Shown here in pieces: positions 10,168-19,772 of a stretch of DNA of 64,000 bases. The translations under genes were made by a program, and so were the position numbers. This DNA is from Candidatus Latescibacterota bacterium (GTDB taxonomy: Bacteria; Latescibacterota; UBA2968; SICM01). Each line of letters opens with the position of its first letter. Within the stretch, counting starts at the first letter, position 1. Where the stretch lies: NCBI GenBank assembly GCA_965217865.1, contig CBDCJO010000002.1, positions 1,472,001-1,536,000 of the forward strand, read 5' to 3'. The notes under the pieces were generated by a model. It was given only the letters and a program-made list of their open reading frames with translations, was not told where the DNA came from and ran no database searches.

Positions 10168-11910
10168 TCATCCGTCGGTAGGCAGGCCACCCTCGACCTG
10201 CACCATGAATCCATCGAGTGAAATGATCGGCACGACGCGGAACAGGTTCTCCGCATACGATTTCATCTCCGGGAGTTCCTCCTTGTGTCCCATCAGTCGG
10301 TGCAACGCCCAGGAGCTCAATCGCAACGCACGCCCCTGACAGTCCCAGAAGCAGAGGCCGTCCACACCCGTCTCGTAGCACGCCATCGATCGAACCCGGA
10401 ACGATTCGGCCGACTGACGCCGCGGATACAGATCGGCATAGACTTTCGTATCCGTTCCTCTGGCCAGGTCGACGTAGGCCCTGATCAACGGTGTGCGATC
10501 GCTTGCATCGGGCGTGCCCACGCCTTCGATGTGGACGATCAGGTGATCGACCAGGCCCTCTTTCACCCACGTTTCAACCTCGATCCCGCGCGATTTCGGC
10601 GTCGTGAACGGTCCCAGATCGGGACAACCCGGGGCCGTGTATGCATCGGCGGCGATCACGTAGCATGTGCCCAGGCGAATCCCTCTTTCCGAGCCCACCT
10701 GGTCCAGCATCTGCCGCGTTTCTCTCAAAAGTTGGGTGAGAAAACCCGCCCTGTGGTTCAGCACCCGCTCGTCGAACGGGTCCTGATCCTTCATGACCAG
10801 GCCGTATTTTTCCATAAAAGAATTTGCAACGGGTTCTTCGTAGAGGACATACGGAAAAGAGCGGCAGAAGATGATGCATACGCCGTCACCCTCGTAGTCC
10901 TCCACCCATTCGCGGAAAAGCTCGACATACTTGGCACGCACTTGGGGAAAGGCCTGGCTGAGGTGACGGGCTTTATAGCCTTCGACCGTCCTGCAGCGCC
11001 ATTCGGGATGCTGCGTCTGGAAATCGCCCGGGCCGGAATATCCCAGATGGTGGGGAGGGAGGCGTTCGCCCATCATTCGGACCTGGGGATAGATTTCAAT
11101 TCCGATGTCGTGTGCGCACTGCACGGCGGATCGCAAAGGGTCCAGGCGATAGCGACGATAAAGATCGATCGATTTCAGGCGCGACCCCATTCTTCGCGAA
11201 AGGCCATAGGACCATTCCAGTTCGGAGCCGACGTTTGACGGATAGAATGTGGCAAAGGAGCCGGCGCAGCCCCAAAGCGCGATTTTGAAGTCGGAGTCGG
11301 CCAGGGACTGGAACTCATCGACAACGTCCTGATGGGTGGTATAGCTCCACATGGTGTGCTGGCCTGAATCGTAGTTGGCGATGAGCGTACGGGTATCGCG
11401 GTTGGCCTCCCACGCAGGTTCGGACCCGGAGACCGGCACGATGCGGATGTAAGCGATGTTGGCGACTGTCTCAGACATCTCGCCTTCCGCGGGGCGGTGG
11501 AAGAGGATGTCCTGACCGGTCAGGTCCGCCGTCTTCCAGTAGGCTTCGCTCAGGTCCGTAAGGGTGAACAGCATCTCCGGTTCCACGAGATCCTTATCAG
11601 CCCGAAACGTCTCAGGTGTGGCACGGGTGTACCCCGGGTCATTGCTGAGCTTCAGCAAAAGGCAAAATTGATCGTAGCCCAACTGAGCGTAGGTGCCCAC
11701 AAAGATGCGATGCCGGCCGGTCGCCCCAAGTTTAAGCCGAACCGGAGGGGCCTTGATATCGCGCCCGCAAAAGAGCATGCGACCCGCGCCGGCCTCGATC
11801 TCGTAGTCCACGGCCGTCCACTTTCCTCTCTCGAACTTGCGTGAGATCGCGCTTGCAGGCTCGCAGGAGGCCATGTCCAGCAGGTATATGGATTCATTCT
11901 CACTGTCCAT
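10168..11910 (-). CDS. GHL10/DUF187-like TIM-barrel protein with one N-terminal beta module (paralog of 29480-31231)
   Basis: HPEWR, LSQAFPQVR, ETWVKEGLVD, GVDGLCFWD motifs. Confidence 0.7.
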   Translation of the reverse strand: MDSENESIYLLDMASCEPASAISRKFERGKWTAVDYEIEAGAGRMLFCGRDIKAPPVRLKLGATGRHRIFVGTYAQLGYDQFCLLLKLSNDPGYTRATPETFRADKDLVEPEMLFTLTDLSEAYWKTADLTGQDILFHRPAEGEMSETVANIAYIRIVPVSGSEPAWEANRDTRTLIANYDSGQHTMWSYTTHQDVVDEFQSLADSDFKIALWGCAGSFATFYPSNVGSELEWSYGLSRRMGSRLKSIDLYRRYRLDPLRSAVQCAHDIGIEIYPQVRMMGERLPPHHLGYSGPGDFQTQHPEWRCRTVEGYKARHLSQAFPQVRAKYVELFREWVEDYEGDGVCIIFCRSFPYVLYEEPVANSFMEKYGLVMKDQDPFDERVLNHRAGFLTQLLRETRQMLDQVGSERGIRLGTCYVIAADAYTAPGCPDLGPFTTPKSRGIEVETWVKEGLVDHLIVHIEGVGTPDASDRTPLIRAYVDLARGTDTKVYADLYPRRQSAESFRVRSMACYETGVDGLCFWDCQGRALRLSSWALHRLMGHKEELPEMKSYAENLFRVVPIISLDGFMVQVEGGLPTDG

Positions 11911-11980
11911 CTATGATCGCTCCCGAAAATGGTTTTGTAAGGAACCGCGTGTCTTCTGGCTGCTGATGCAGCACACCAGC

Positions 11981-14900
11981 TTATGCTTCGACAGGTAAAG
12001 CGGTCATCTCCACGTGCGTATGAAACCGCAATTCCACCGGACCGAGAAGACCCGACACGGTCTGTCCCTCGTAGACGAATTTGGTCGGGTAGGTGCTCAT
12101 ATGATTTGCGAGCGTGTTGACGACTTTAACCTCGATTATGTTTTCTCCCTGCACCACGAGGTCCCCGATATCGAATCGGTATGGCCTGCCCATCCTGACT
12201 CCGGCGGATTTTCCGTTGACGCGGAGGTCGGCCAGCGCCGCCGCCCGCCCCAGGTCCAGTACCACCGGGCCCTGAAGGTGCCGCTGCTCGAGGCTCACGG
12301 TCGTGGTATAGACGGCGCCGCCGGAATACGTCATAAGCCCGCTGTTGCACCAGTCCCCCAGACGGATCACCCCAGGGTCGCACTCGAACATCACGGGTGT
12401 AAGGAATGTTGCCCCGCCATAGAAACCGGGCTCCTGTTCGACGCAGAGCACGACCTGCGACATTTGCGGCTTTGGGTCCTCCAGACAGACCCTCAGTTCT
12501 CGGGACGGGTCGACTCGCAGGGCCCCTTCACTGACAGGATGACCGTCGACCCATGCCCGGACGGAACGTGCGGTGAGCTTGAATCGCATGGCTCGAAGGC
12601 CGGGTGGGGCCTTGAAACGGTACCACCCCACTGGGGCTTCGAGATCAGGCCTGATGTTGTAAGTCAGCTTGTGCGGTTTTACAAACCATCGCAGCAGGGG
12701 GATGTAAGGGTCGAGGAAGGGCTTTTCAGTGGGGGAATGAAAAATCGCGTAGGTATCCACCCGCTTGCCCTCCGGCTGAATGATCTTCAGCAAGACGGAG
12801 GAGAGGCCTTTTCTGAGACGGACCCTTGTCCGGGCCTCTGATTCCGGTGAGGAAACCGAGATGACCGGGTCGCCGTTGATCCAGGCCTGCCTGTGGAGTT
12901 CGGCCTTTCCCCCAAAGTCGAAGATGTAGTCCTGTTCGTCGGGGGAATAAACGTGGGTGAGCAGAAAGCGTGTGGGGCTTTTGAAACCTTCCACTCCTTC
13001 GAGGACAATGAAGTTCTCCGGCACACCGTTCAGCTCTCTCGGGATTCCAACCCCTTCGTAGCCGAACTGCCTCGAATAGCTGTACCGGTGCCATTGGACC
13101 TCGCCCCCCTTGTCCTCGTAACCCCCATTGAGGTCCGTCTCACCCGGCCCGGGTACCCTGAGGATTTCCTCCGGCTCCGCGCCCTCCTCAAAGGGACCGA
13201 TCATCCACCAGTAGGGGCCGTAGGAATAGGTGACCGTTTCCCAATCCGAATCGTCGATGTCAGGTTCGTGCCACCTGAGCTCCGTTCCTTCCCTTCCGTC
13301 GTTTTCCATATAATGGAATCGTCGAGCCTCGGGGCCTATGAATTCATCGGATGCCGGATACCGGAAATCCCCCCAGCGGTTGTCCATGGTGGGATCCAGA
13401 CGAATTCCCCAGGGCCCTTCCAGACTCATGGGCTCCGGCGGGTCATCGCAGGTAAGCTCAGAACCGTACTCCCTTCCCCTGTGCACAAGCCTCAGACTTT
13501 TTGTCCCGCCTGCATCGCAGGATCCGCGGACCCGGATCCCTGCATCCGAGGACTCCACGGAGGCTATCCCTGACAGGTTGTCCTCCAGGACACTGGGTCC
13601 CCCCCGGGGGGGCCGAAGAATGACCAAGGCCCCCTCGTTGGGCCCCATGTCCAGACGTATTGTGGTGCGGCCGTCTCGACTTTCGAAGCGATGGAGGGGT
13701 ATGGCTTCACCCGTGAAGGCGTTCCAGACCTCCGGTTCGCCGGATGCCCTCAAGTCAGCGGAGATGCGGTTACCTTCCTGCCCGGCATTGTACAGGAAGT
13801 AGATTTCCACTTCCCCCATCTTCTGATGCGTGTGGAGTATGTCCGGGTCTGAAGTGATGACGTCCAGGTCGATGGCTTTGGAGATGACCTCCGGGAGGCG
13901 ATCCATATCGCCGGGCACGAAGATGGCCTTGCCTCCGAGCCGGTTCTCACGCTGCGAGATATCGTCGACGTCCTCACCGGGCGAGATGCCGAAGATCTCC
14001 CTGAAAAGGGCCAGCAGCTCCGGGTCATCGCGCCCGTTCTCCTGTGAGGCGTCAGGCAATCGGCCGAAGGCCAGGACGGTTCCTCCGCCCTCGTAGAACG
14101 CTTTGATCTTAGTCGCTGTCTCGGTTCTGATGGTTGTCATCGGGGGCAGGAGGAGGGCGCGGAACTCGAGGCCCGAAACTTCCAGCTTCCCGTCGGAGAC
14201 CTCTGCACGGCATAGGGACGGGTCGTCGATGTAGTCGAAATCGATTTGGCTCATGAAGATGTGCCGGGCCAGATCGCCTGTGACCGAAGCGGCCTCCTGC
14301 GCGGGTTTGGTGAAGTTGTGGTGGCCTGACCATCCCGCGTGAATCGTGGACAGGGGATAAAGGATGGCGACGTCGGGGACGTGTACGCCCCGGCTCATGA
14401 TGTAGCTGAGTCTTCTCACGTAATCTGCGAAGTGCTTCCAGTATCCCCAGTAAGGCTGACGGAAGTGCACGGCGGGGGGGACCCACTCGTACCAACCGCC
14501 CAGGGTGGTGTACAGGACGCCGTGGCGGTTGTAGAAGTTGACCCCGTAGACGAAGTTTTCGTTCGTCCAGGCCAGGTTCTCCTCCGTGGTATGTCCCCAA
14601 CCGGAACCCCAGTAGGCGCAGACTCCGACCCGGCTGTGCCCATAGAGATGGGCGATGGAGCTGGCGGTTTTTGCGAAGAACGTGAGGTTTACGGGCCGGC
14701 GCATCTGCTCTTCGGATCCGGGTATGTCGAAGTGGCCCATTCTTCGGAAAAAATCACCGAAATGATAGGTCTGGGTCAGTAGATCCCCGTCCTTCCCGTA
14801 TGGGCAGAAGGCGGTGTAGAGCATTCCGTGATCTTTAAGCCACTTTGGGATAGCCTGGTTCCAGTTCTCGTCCAGAAGGGAAACCATGACTTCGTAGTAG

Positions 14901-15760
14901 TCGCATCTGATCTTATCCGTCACGGGACCGGTGTCGTGGAAGATGCCGACCAGGTGATCGAGAGGATCGTATCCCTTCTCCTCTTTGAACTGCACCACCA
15001 GCGAATCGGAGTACAGGATATTGCCGTTCAGTGTGATCATTTCGTCAGGCCCATAGGCCTCAAGCGTGCCGCCCAGAAGGCCTTTCAGCCGTTTCCTGTA
15101 AGCCTCCATCGAAACTTCGAGCCACCGCTCCGCAACATTCCGGTTGAGGTAGTCCAGATCGTGAGGCTGGCTGGCTACGACCGTCACCAACCACCCGGGC
15201 TCGGGCGCCTTCCAGCTCAGCCTGTTGTCCTCAACCGCGTCTGTGAGGTCTTTGCGCGAGGCGGTATCCAGGCTCCCGTTCTCTTTCCGATAGGCCGCGG
15301 CCTGGAGCACCTTCTCCTCGGACGGGAGTTCGATGTGAACGGGTTCTTCACCGTTGGACTCCGCCTCGCGGATCACGAGCCGCTGCCCTGTCAGGGAAGG
15401 GTACTTTTCGCGATCCTCTCTGACCATATTCTGAAAAAACTTGTGAGCGGTCCAATCTGAAAACCATGCCCGGAGACCAAGTCTCCGGTGCTCTTCCATG
15501 GCGAACTTCGTAAACTCCCACCATTCCTCCGACCAGTAAGGCGGATCCGAGCAGAGCGGCTCCCCGAAGCTGAATCTCGGATAATACCAGGTGCCGGATA
15601 TGCCCTTGGCCTTCAGCTCCTCGAGCTGCCAGGTCATCTGTTTTCTGTCAAGGCGTCCGGCTTCCCACCACCAGCAATCGAGGGGCGCGTAGTCTGAAGG
15701 TGGGTTCGCGAACTCACGCAACATCATTTCTCTGGATATCTGTGTCGCCTTATCTTCCAT
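11981..15760 (-). CDS. GH106-like (alpha-L-rhamnosidase family) glycoside hydrolase
   Basis: FANPP..Y.P..WWW start, KTASSIAHLYG, GVNFYNRHG, YVRRLSY, C-terminal LDLG...VNGK..G...GLLGPV beta-sandwich. Confidence 0.8.
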   Translation of the reverse strand: MEDKATQISREMMLREFANPPSDYAPLDCWWWEAGRLDRKQMTWQLEELKAKGISGTWYYPRFSFGEPLCSDPPYWSEEWWEFTKFAMEEHRRLGLRAWFSDWTAHKFFQNMVREDREKYPSLTGQRLVIREAESNGEEPVHIELPSEEKVLQAAAYRKENGSLDTASRKDLTDAVEDNRLSWKAPEPGWLVTVVASQPHDLDYLNRNVAERWLEVSMEAYRKRLKGLLGGTLEAYGPDEMITLNGNILYSDSLVVQFKEEKGYDPLDHLVGIFHDTGPVTDKIRCDYYEVMVSLLDENWNQAIPKWLKDHGMLYTAFCPYGKDGDLLTQTYHFGDFFRRMGHFDIPGSEEQMRRPVNLTFFAKTASSIAHLYGHSRVGVCAYWGSGWGHTTEENLAWTNENFVYGVNFYNRHGVLYTTLGGWYEWVPPAVHFRQPYWGYWKHFADYVRRLSYIMSRGVHVPDVAILYPLSTIHAGWSGHHNFTKPAQEAASVTGDLARHIFMSQIDFDYIDDPSLCRAEVSDGKLEVSGLEFRALLLPPMTTIRTETATKIKAFYEGGGTVLAFGRLPDASQENGRDDPELLALFREIFGISPGEDVDDISQRENRLGGKAIFVPGDMDRLPEVISKAIDLDVITSDPDILHTHQKMGEVEIYFLYNAGQEGNRISADLRASGEPEVWNAFTGEAIPLHRFESRDGRTTIRLDMGPNEGALVILRPPRGGPSVLEDNLSGIASVESSDAGIRVRGSCDAGGTKSLRLVHRGREYGSELTCDDPPEPMSLEGPWGIRLDPTMDNRWGDFRYPASDEFIGPEARRFHYMENDGREGTELRWHEPDIDDSDWETVTYSYGPYWWMIGPFEEGAEPEEILRVPGPGETDLNGGYEDKGGEVQWHRYSYSRQFGYEGVGIPRELNGVPENFIVLEGVEGFKSPTRFLLTHVYSPDEQDYIFDFGGKAELHRQAWINGDPVISVSSPESEARTRVRLRKGLSSVLLKIIQPEGKRVDTYAIFHSPTEKPFLDPYIPLLRWFVKPHKLTYNIRPDLEAPVGWYRFKAPPGLRAMRFKLTARSVRAWVDGHPVSEGALRVDPSRELRVCLEDPKPQMSQVVLCVEQEPGFYGGATFLTPVMFECDPGVIRLGDWCNSGLMTYSGGAVYTTTVSLEQRHLQGPVVLDLGRAAALADLRVNGKSAGVRMGRPYRFDIGDLVVQGENIIEVKVVNTLANHMSTYPTKFVYEGQTVSGLLGPVELRFHTHVEMTALPVEA

Positions 15761-15781
15761 CTGAAGGGTCCCTTTGCTTCA
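15747..15781. repeat. 35-bp exact direct repeat (copy 2 at 18712-18746) covering the upstream leader and first codons of the GH106-like gene
   Basis: GCCTTATCTTCCATCTGAAGGGTCCCTTTGCTTCA at both sites. Confidence 0.85.
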
Positions 15782-15855
15782 TGGCATGCCTATTGTTAAT
15801 CGACTCGAAATACACATCCAAAATAGCGGAAGTCATCGAAAGTCCAGGCCCCCCC

Positions 15856-15906
15856 TCATTTCTCCCGTACCACCCCGGCGAGGAGGGAGGCGCGGAAGTC
15901 CTCAAG
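15856..15906 (-). pseudogene. Orphan 3' end of a paralog of 33921-34937/17642-18688
   Basis: Reads LEDFRASLLAGVVREK-stop versus LDDFRAALLAGVVRER-stop at 33921. Confidence 0.8.
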
Positions 15907-17482
15907 GGATATCGACTCGAACCTCCGCTTCCTGTACGATGACGTTCTCTCCGTCAACGGCATGCCCCTCGCGAAGCGCAAAGCCGATCTCGTTCCAGCC
16001 GTCACGGAGCATGCCATCCTGGAGCCTAAATTCCGCGTACAGGAATCCCTCCCCCTCGTGAGGAATCAGCGACAATCCCTTGGTGGAAACTTCCTTTCCG
16101 TTGACGTCTACCAGCAACGAGCCGATGTTGTCCAGATGGCGCGCTTTGAAACGCACCCACGCGTCCACTTCCTTCAGGTTCTCGTGCAGGCGACACGGAA
16201 CAGCCTTCCGCTCCGATGAGCCAGCCTCGAATTCGAGGCGGAGGAAACGCTGCACACAGTAAAGTGGCGCCTCTTTCAGATAGGTGTAGCGCCGTTCCTT
16301 CCCTTTTATGCCCTCGGGCAGGCAGATGTCGGGCAGAGGAAAGAGGTGGTGGTACGCGCATTCGTAGAAATTGAAGAACGATACGCCATCGGCCCCTTCT
16401 GCATAGAATCCGTGGACCAGAGCGCGAATGTTTTCACGTGTCACTTTCGTAATGCCTTCGCCCTCCATCTCGTATTCTTCCGGTATGCATACATCCGTCG
16501 CGAACGATGTGGCGCCTGTGATCCCGGGAAGCACGGCGCAGGACGTGCCGGAAGCCAGCTTCACCCAAGGCTCGATGGTCATCCTAAAGTCTGAGAGGAA
16601 ATTCTCTGTGGGGCTCACGTAGTCGAGCAATCCGTCTCTAATCCACTTCTCGACCTCGAGACCTATCACCCGGCAGAAATCCGGGTCCCACGGCACCATG
16701 GCACCTAAGATCGGCTTGGATTTCCCTCGCTTGCTCACGGTCTCATCTACGATCTTGCGGCATTCGGCGACGAACGATGTAAGGTGATGTGCGTTCTTCG
16801 AAGGAAAACTCACACAAAACAATGTGCGCAGGAAATTGAGCGTCAGGCCCTGGAGATCGTAGCGTTGCATGAATTCGCGCACAATTGCCAAGCGGTGTTC
16901 GCGTACCTGCGGCACGGCGTAGTCAAGCAGGTGGGGGCGGACCTCCTTAATAAAAGCAGGGACCAAGGTATTGGGACCACCAACGCAGGGGTGGGATTCA
17001 AAGGATACCTCACCACCAGCCTTCTCCTCCATGCTGCCTATTCTCCATTCCGGGTGGTCAAGCCAGAACTGGCTTGCCATCCCCGGGAAGCCAGCCTCAG
17101 CCACGTGGTGGGCGTCATTCACACGCATCTTCGCCAGTACGGTGCAGCCGTCTTTGCGGAATTGATTGACCGCGACCCCGAAAGGATCCACACCCGCTGC
17201 GGTTAATACCTTATACGCCTGGACGACGAGATTCACCGGTAGCCCAGTTCCGAAGGCTAATGCGGCCGAACCTTCGGTTGATCCCCAAACTTCCCCCACA
17301 TGTGCCGGGTAGTAGTAGCATACTTCCGGGATGGCTGCACACAGACTGATCATGTCTGCTCTGCTCTTCAGCAACCGTTGGGCGGCCTCTGCCAGTTCCG
17401 CCCGCCCGTCCTCTCCGACGGGCACGCCCAAAAAGCCGGAATCGTCGTGGATTACGATCTGTTTCCTGCTACGAGCATCCAT
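15902..17482 (-). CDS. GHL10/DUF187-like TIM-barrel protein with C-terminal beta-sandwich (paralog of 44799-46328 and 22561-24147)
   Basis: RVNDAHH, FWLDHPEW, LDYAVPQVR, WIRDGLLDY, GADGVSFFNF. Confidence 0.72.
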   Translation of the reverse strand: MDARSRKQIVIHDDSGFLGVPVGEDGRAELAEAAQRLLKSRADMISLCAAIPEVCYYYPAHVGEVWGSTEGSAALAFGTGLPVNLVVQAYKVLTAAGVDPFGVAVNQFRKDGCTVLAKMRVNDAHHVAEAGFPGMASQFWLDHPEWRIGSMEEKAGGEVSFESHPCVGGPNTLVPAFIKEVRPHLLDYAVPQVREHRLAIVREFMQRYDLQGLTLNFLRTLFCVSFPSKNAHHLTSFVAECRKIVDETVSKRGKSKPILGAMVPWDPDFCRVIGLEVEKWIRDGLLDYVSPTENFLSDFRMTIEPWVKLASGTSCAVLPGITGATSFATDVCIPEEYEMEGEGITKVTRENIRALVHGFYAEGADGVSFFNFYECAYHHLFPLPDICLPEGIKGKERRYTYLKEAPLYCVQRFLRLEFEAGSSERKAVPCRLHENLKEVDAWVRFKARHLDNIGSLLVDVNGKEVSTKGLSLIPHEGEGFLYAEFRLQDGMLRDGWNEIGFALREGHAVDGENVIVQEAEVRVDIP

Positions 17483-17641
17483 GTTATCGTCCTTTGTTCA
17501 GTGCGGAAGTTGACGACGATCCGCACCGTCCGAGTCCGCAGCGTAGACCTCGTGCGTCCGTTCAGATCATTGTGTTCGCCGAAGTCGCGGACTGACGGAC
17601 ATGCCGCCTTAACAATACCATAGGCTGTGGAACGGAAAAGC

Positions 17642-18688
17642 TTATTCTGCGCATGGCTCACGTTTCACGCGGAGCTTCGCGCCCAGAAGTGCGGCGCGAA
17701 AGTCCTCCAGGGGCAGCTTGTCGTCCGCCATGGCCACGGTTGTGTAATGCGTTGTGTGGGCGCCGCAGCCGACCTGCATCGTCATCTTGCCGTAGAAGTA
17801 ACGGTGCGGGTAACAGATCAGGCCGCGCGATTGCCAGATCGGATTGCCGAAGATGTTGCATTCCATGACCGATTCCGGCGGAAACTCGACCTCCATCACA
17901 TGCGGCGGGTCCGTGATGCCGCGCATCCCCTCCCAGTATTGGGCCACGTATCGGCCGTAGGTCGGTCCGCTGTTTGCCGTTCTTAGGATGAACAGCCGAA
18001 TGTTTTCGGGCATGGCAAGATTCTCGTCCACGACTGTGGCGTTCATCAACATGGGGCTCCAGTCCGGATTGATCCAATCAAAACGGCGCTCGATCGGTCG
18101 AGCCAGCCCGAACGCACGACCCATGTGTATGGGAAATGTGGCCACGCAGCCCATCCAGTTTGCCCCGAACGCGATGAATTCCGCTGTGGCCGGATCGAAC
18201 GTGTACCCTTGCTCATTGAGTTGTTCGGTCAGGTCGATGGTCCACGCCTTTGAGCGTCCCCACGCACTGAATTCATTGTCCGGCACGTCGCAGCCGCGAT
18301 TCTGGATGGCCAGGCGCCGGTCTTCGAGCCCTTTCTCGAATTCGGGGCCCATTACGCGACAATTCTGCGCAAGATCGTTCTCCAGGCGGCAGACCACGCA
18401 GCGTGGCCCGAATTGCTCGCGGGCCAGTTCAACCAACTCTGGATTGGACTCCAGAACGAAGATGCCTTCGTGCGCTTGAGCTTTGCGGATCAGGCGGTAA
18501 TAATTTTCGCGTAACTGAAGGGCGCGGCGGTGGCACACTTCAGCCCGGTCGGGCCAGTAATCCCACACGTGACCGAATCGCCTTCCGCGCTCCGCGTCGT
18601 CTAGCCGGAAGATGTCCAGCCATCCCAGTGCGTGACAGCACAAGTAGATGCGGCGAAGCTTCTTAAGCGATTGATCAATTTTGAGCAT
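17642..18688 (-). CDS. Hypothetical protein (paralog of 33921-34937)
   Basis: 348-aa ORF with GGAGG RBS; full-length similarity to 33921-34937. Confidence 0.8.
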   Translation of the reverse strand: MLKIDQSLKKLRRIYLCCHALGWLDIFRLDDAERGRRFGHVWDYWPDRAEVCHRRALQLRENYYRLIRKAQAHEGIFVLESNPELVELAREQFGPRCVVCRLENDLAQNCRVMGPEFEKGLEDRRLAIQNRGCDVPDNEFSAWGRSKAWTIDLTEQLNEQGYTFDPATAEFIAFGANWMGCVATFPIHMGRAFGLARPIERRFDWINPDWSPMLMNATVVDENLAMPENIRLFILRTANSGPTYGRYVAQYWEGMRGITDPPHVMEVEFPPESVMECNIFGNPIWQSRGLICYPHRYFYGKMTMQVGCGAHTTHYTTVAMADDKLPLEDFRAALLGAKLRVKREPCAE

Positions 18689-18750
18689 CCTCCATCGCCT
18701 CCTGTTGCGTTGCCTTATCTTCCATCTGAAGGGTCCCTTTGCTTCAATCG

Positions 18751-19713
18751 TTAAAAAGCCCGCTCTTTCAGCCGACGTCCGACCTCGGCAAGCACGTTTG
18801 CGTCCTCATCCTGAATCAATCCGCGGTCGGTTGGGGGGACGTTCAGCAGCAGATTGCCTCCGCGACCCCAGGCGATCTTGAGCCAGTCGATAATCGTGTC
18901 CGGAGGATGGGGGGTGTCCTCGGGCGTATAGAACCAGCGACGGTGTATGCTATCGCACGTCTCGATCGGTAAATAGCGGAAGTCGTCTCCGCGCACCATC
19001 CTTCGGATCGGTCGCGTGTCGGGGATGTAGAGCTGGTCACCCACCATTTTGTGCACACGCTCGATGCAGTTCAGGTCGACGGGGGAGAGGGCCAGCTCGC
19101 CTCCGTTCATCTTTCCCGGATTGCAAAGCACAAGGCAATCCGGCTGCAGGGACTTGATGTGGTCGTAGAGCTCACGCCAGTGCCACCGGGTCGCATCGTG
19201 CCATCCCCACCATCCCTTCTCCCAGCCAGCGTCGAACCATATTTCGAGTATGGGGCCGTAATCGGTCAGGAGCTCGGTCAACTGGCGCTTCATAAATTCC
19301 GCGTACGCCGCGTCATCCTCGTAGCTCGGCTCGTGCGTGTCCCACAGGGAATAGTACAACCCGATCTTGATCCCCCTGCTCTCGAAGGCCTCGCAGATCT
19401 CCTTCAAAATATCTCGACGCATCGGGGTCGTCATGATGTTGTAATCGGTCAGGCTGGTGTCCCAGATGCAGAACCCTTCGTGGTGCCTGGTCGTAATCAC
19501 GGCGTATTTCACTCCGCCAGCGTCGGCGACCTCGGCCCACTGATGCGGATCGAAGTCAACCGGGTCGAACTTGGCGGGATCTTCCTCCCCGGTTCCTGCT
19601 TCGATGTGGTAGAAGGTATTCAGGTTGAAGCAGACAAACAACCCGAATCGGAGGTCCATCCAGGCCTTCTGGGCCTGCGTGGGTCCTATGCGTTCAGGCT
19701 GATCGCCATGCAT
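18751..19713 (-). CDS. GH29 alpha-L-fucosidase (catalytic domain only, no signal peptide)
   Basis: FDPHQWA, TTRHHEGF, GLYYSLWD, QLTELLTDYG, WFD nucleophile, GGNLLLNVPP. Confidence 0.92.
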   Translation of the reverse strand: MHGDQPERIGPTQAQKAWMDLRFGLFVCFNLNTFYHIEAGTGEEDPAKFDPVDFDPHQWAEVADAGGVKYAVITTRHHEGFCIWDTSLTDYNIMTTPMRRDILKEICEAFESRGIKIGLYYSLWDTHEPSYEDDAAYAEFMKRQLTELLTDYGPILEIWFDAGWEKGWWGWHDATRWHWRELYDHIKSLQPDCLVLCNPGKMNGGELALSPVDLNCIERVHKMVGDQLYIPDTRPIRRMVRGDDFRYLPIETCDSIHRRWFYTPEDTPHPPDTIIDWLKIAWGRGGNLLLNVPPTDRGLIQDEDANVLAEVGRRLKERAF

Positions 19714-19772
19714 GATTCGTGTCCTCCTCCTATTTGAGCAAGCCTGGGTTCAAATGCCATTCTGGCGTGTGG

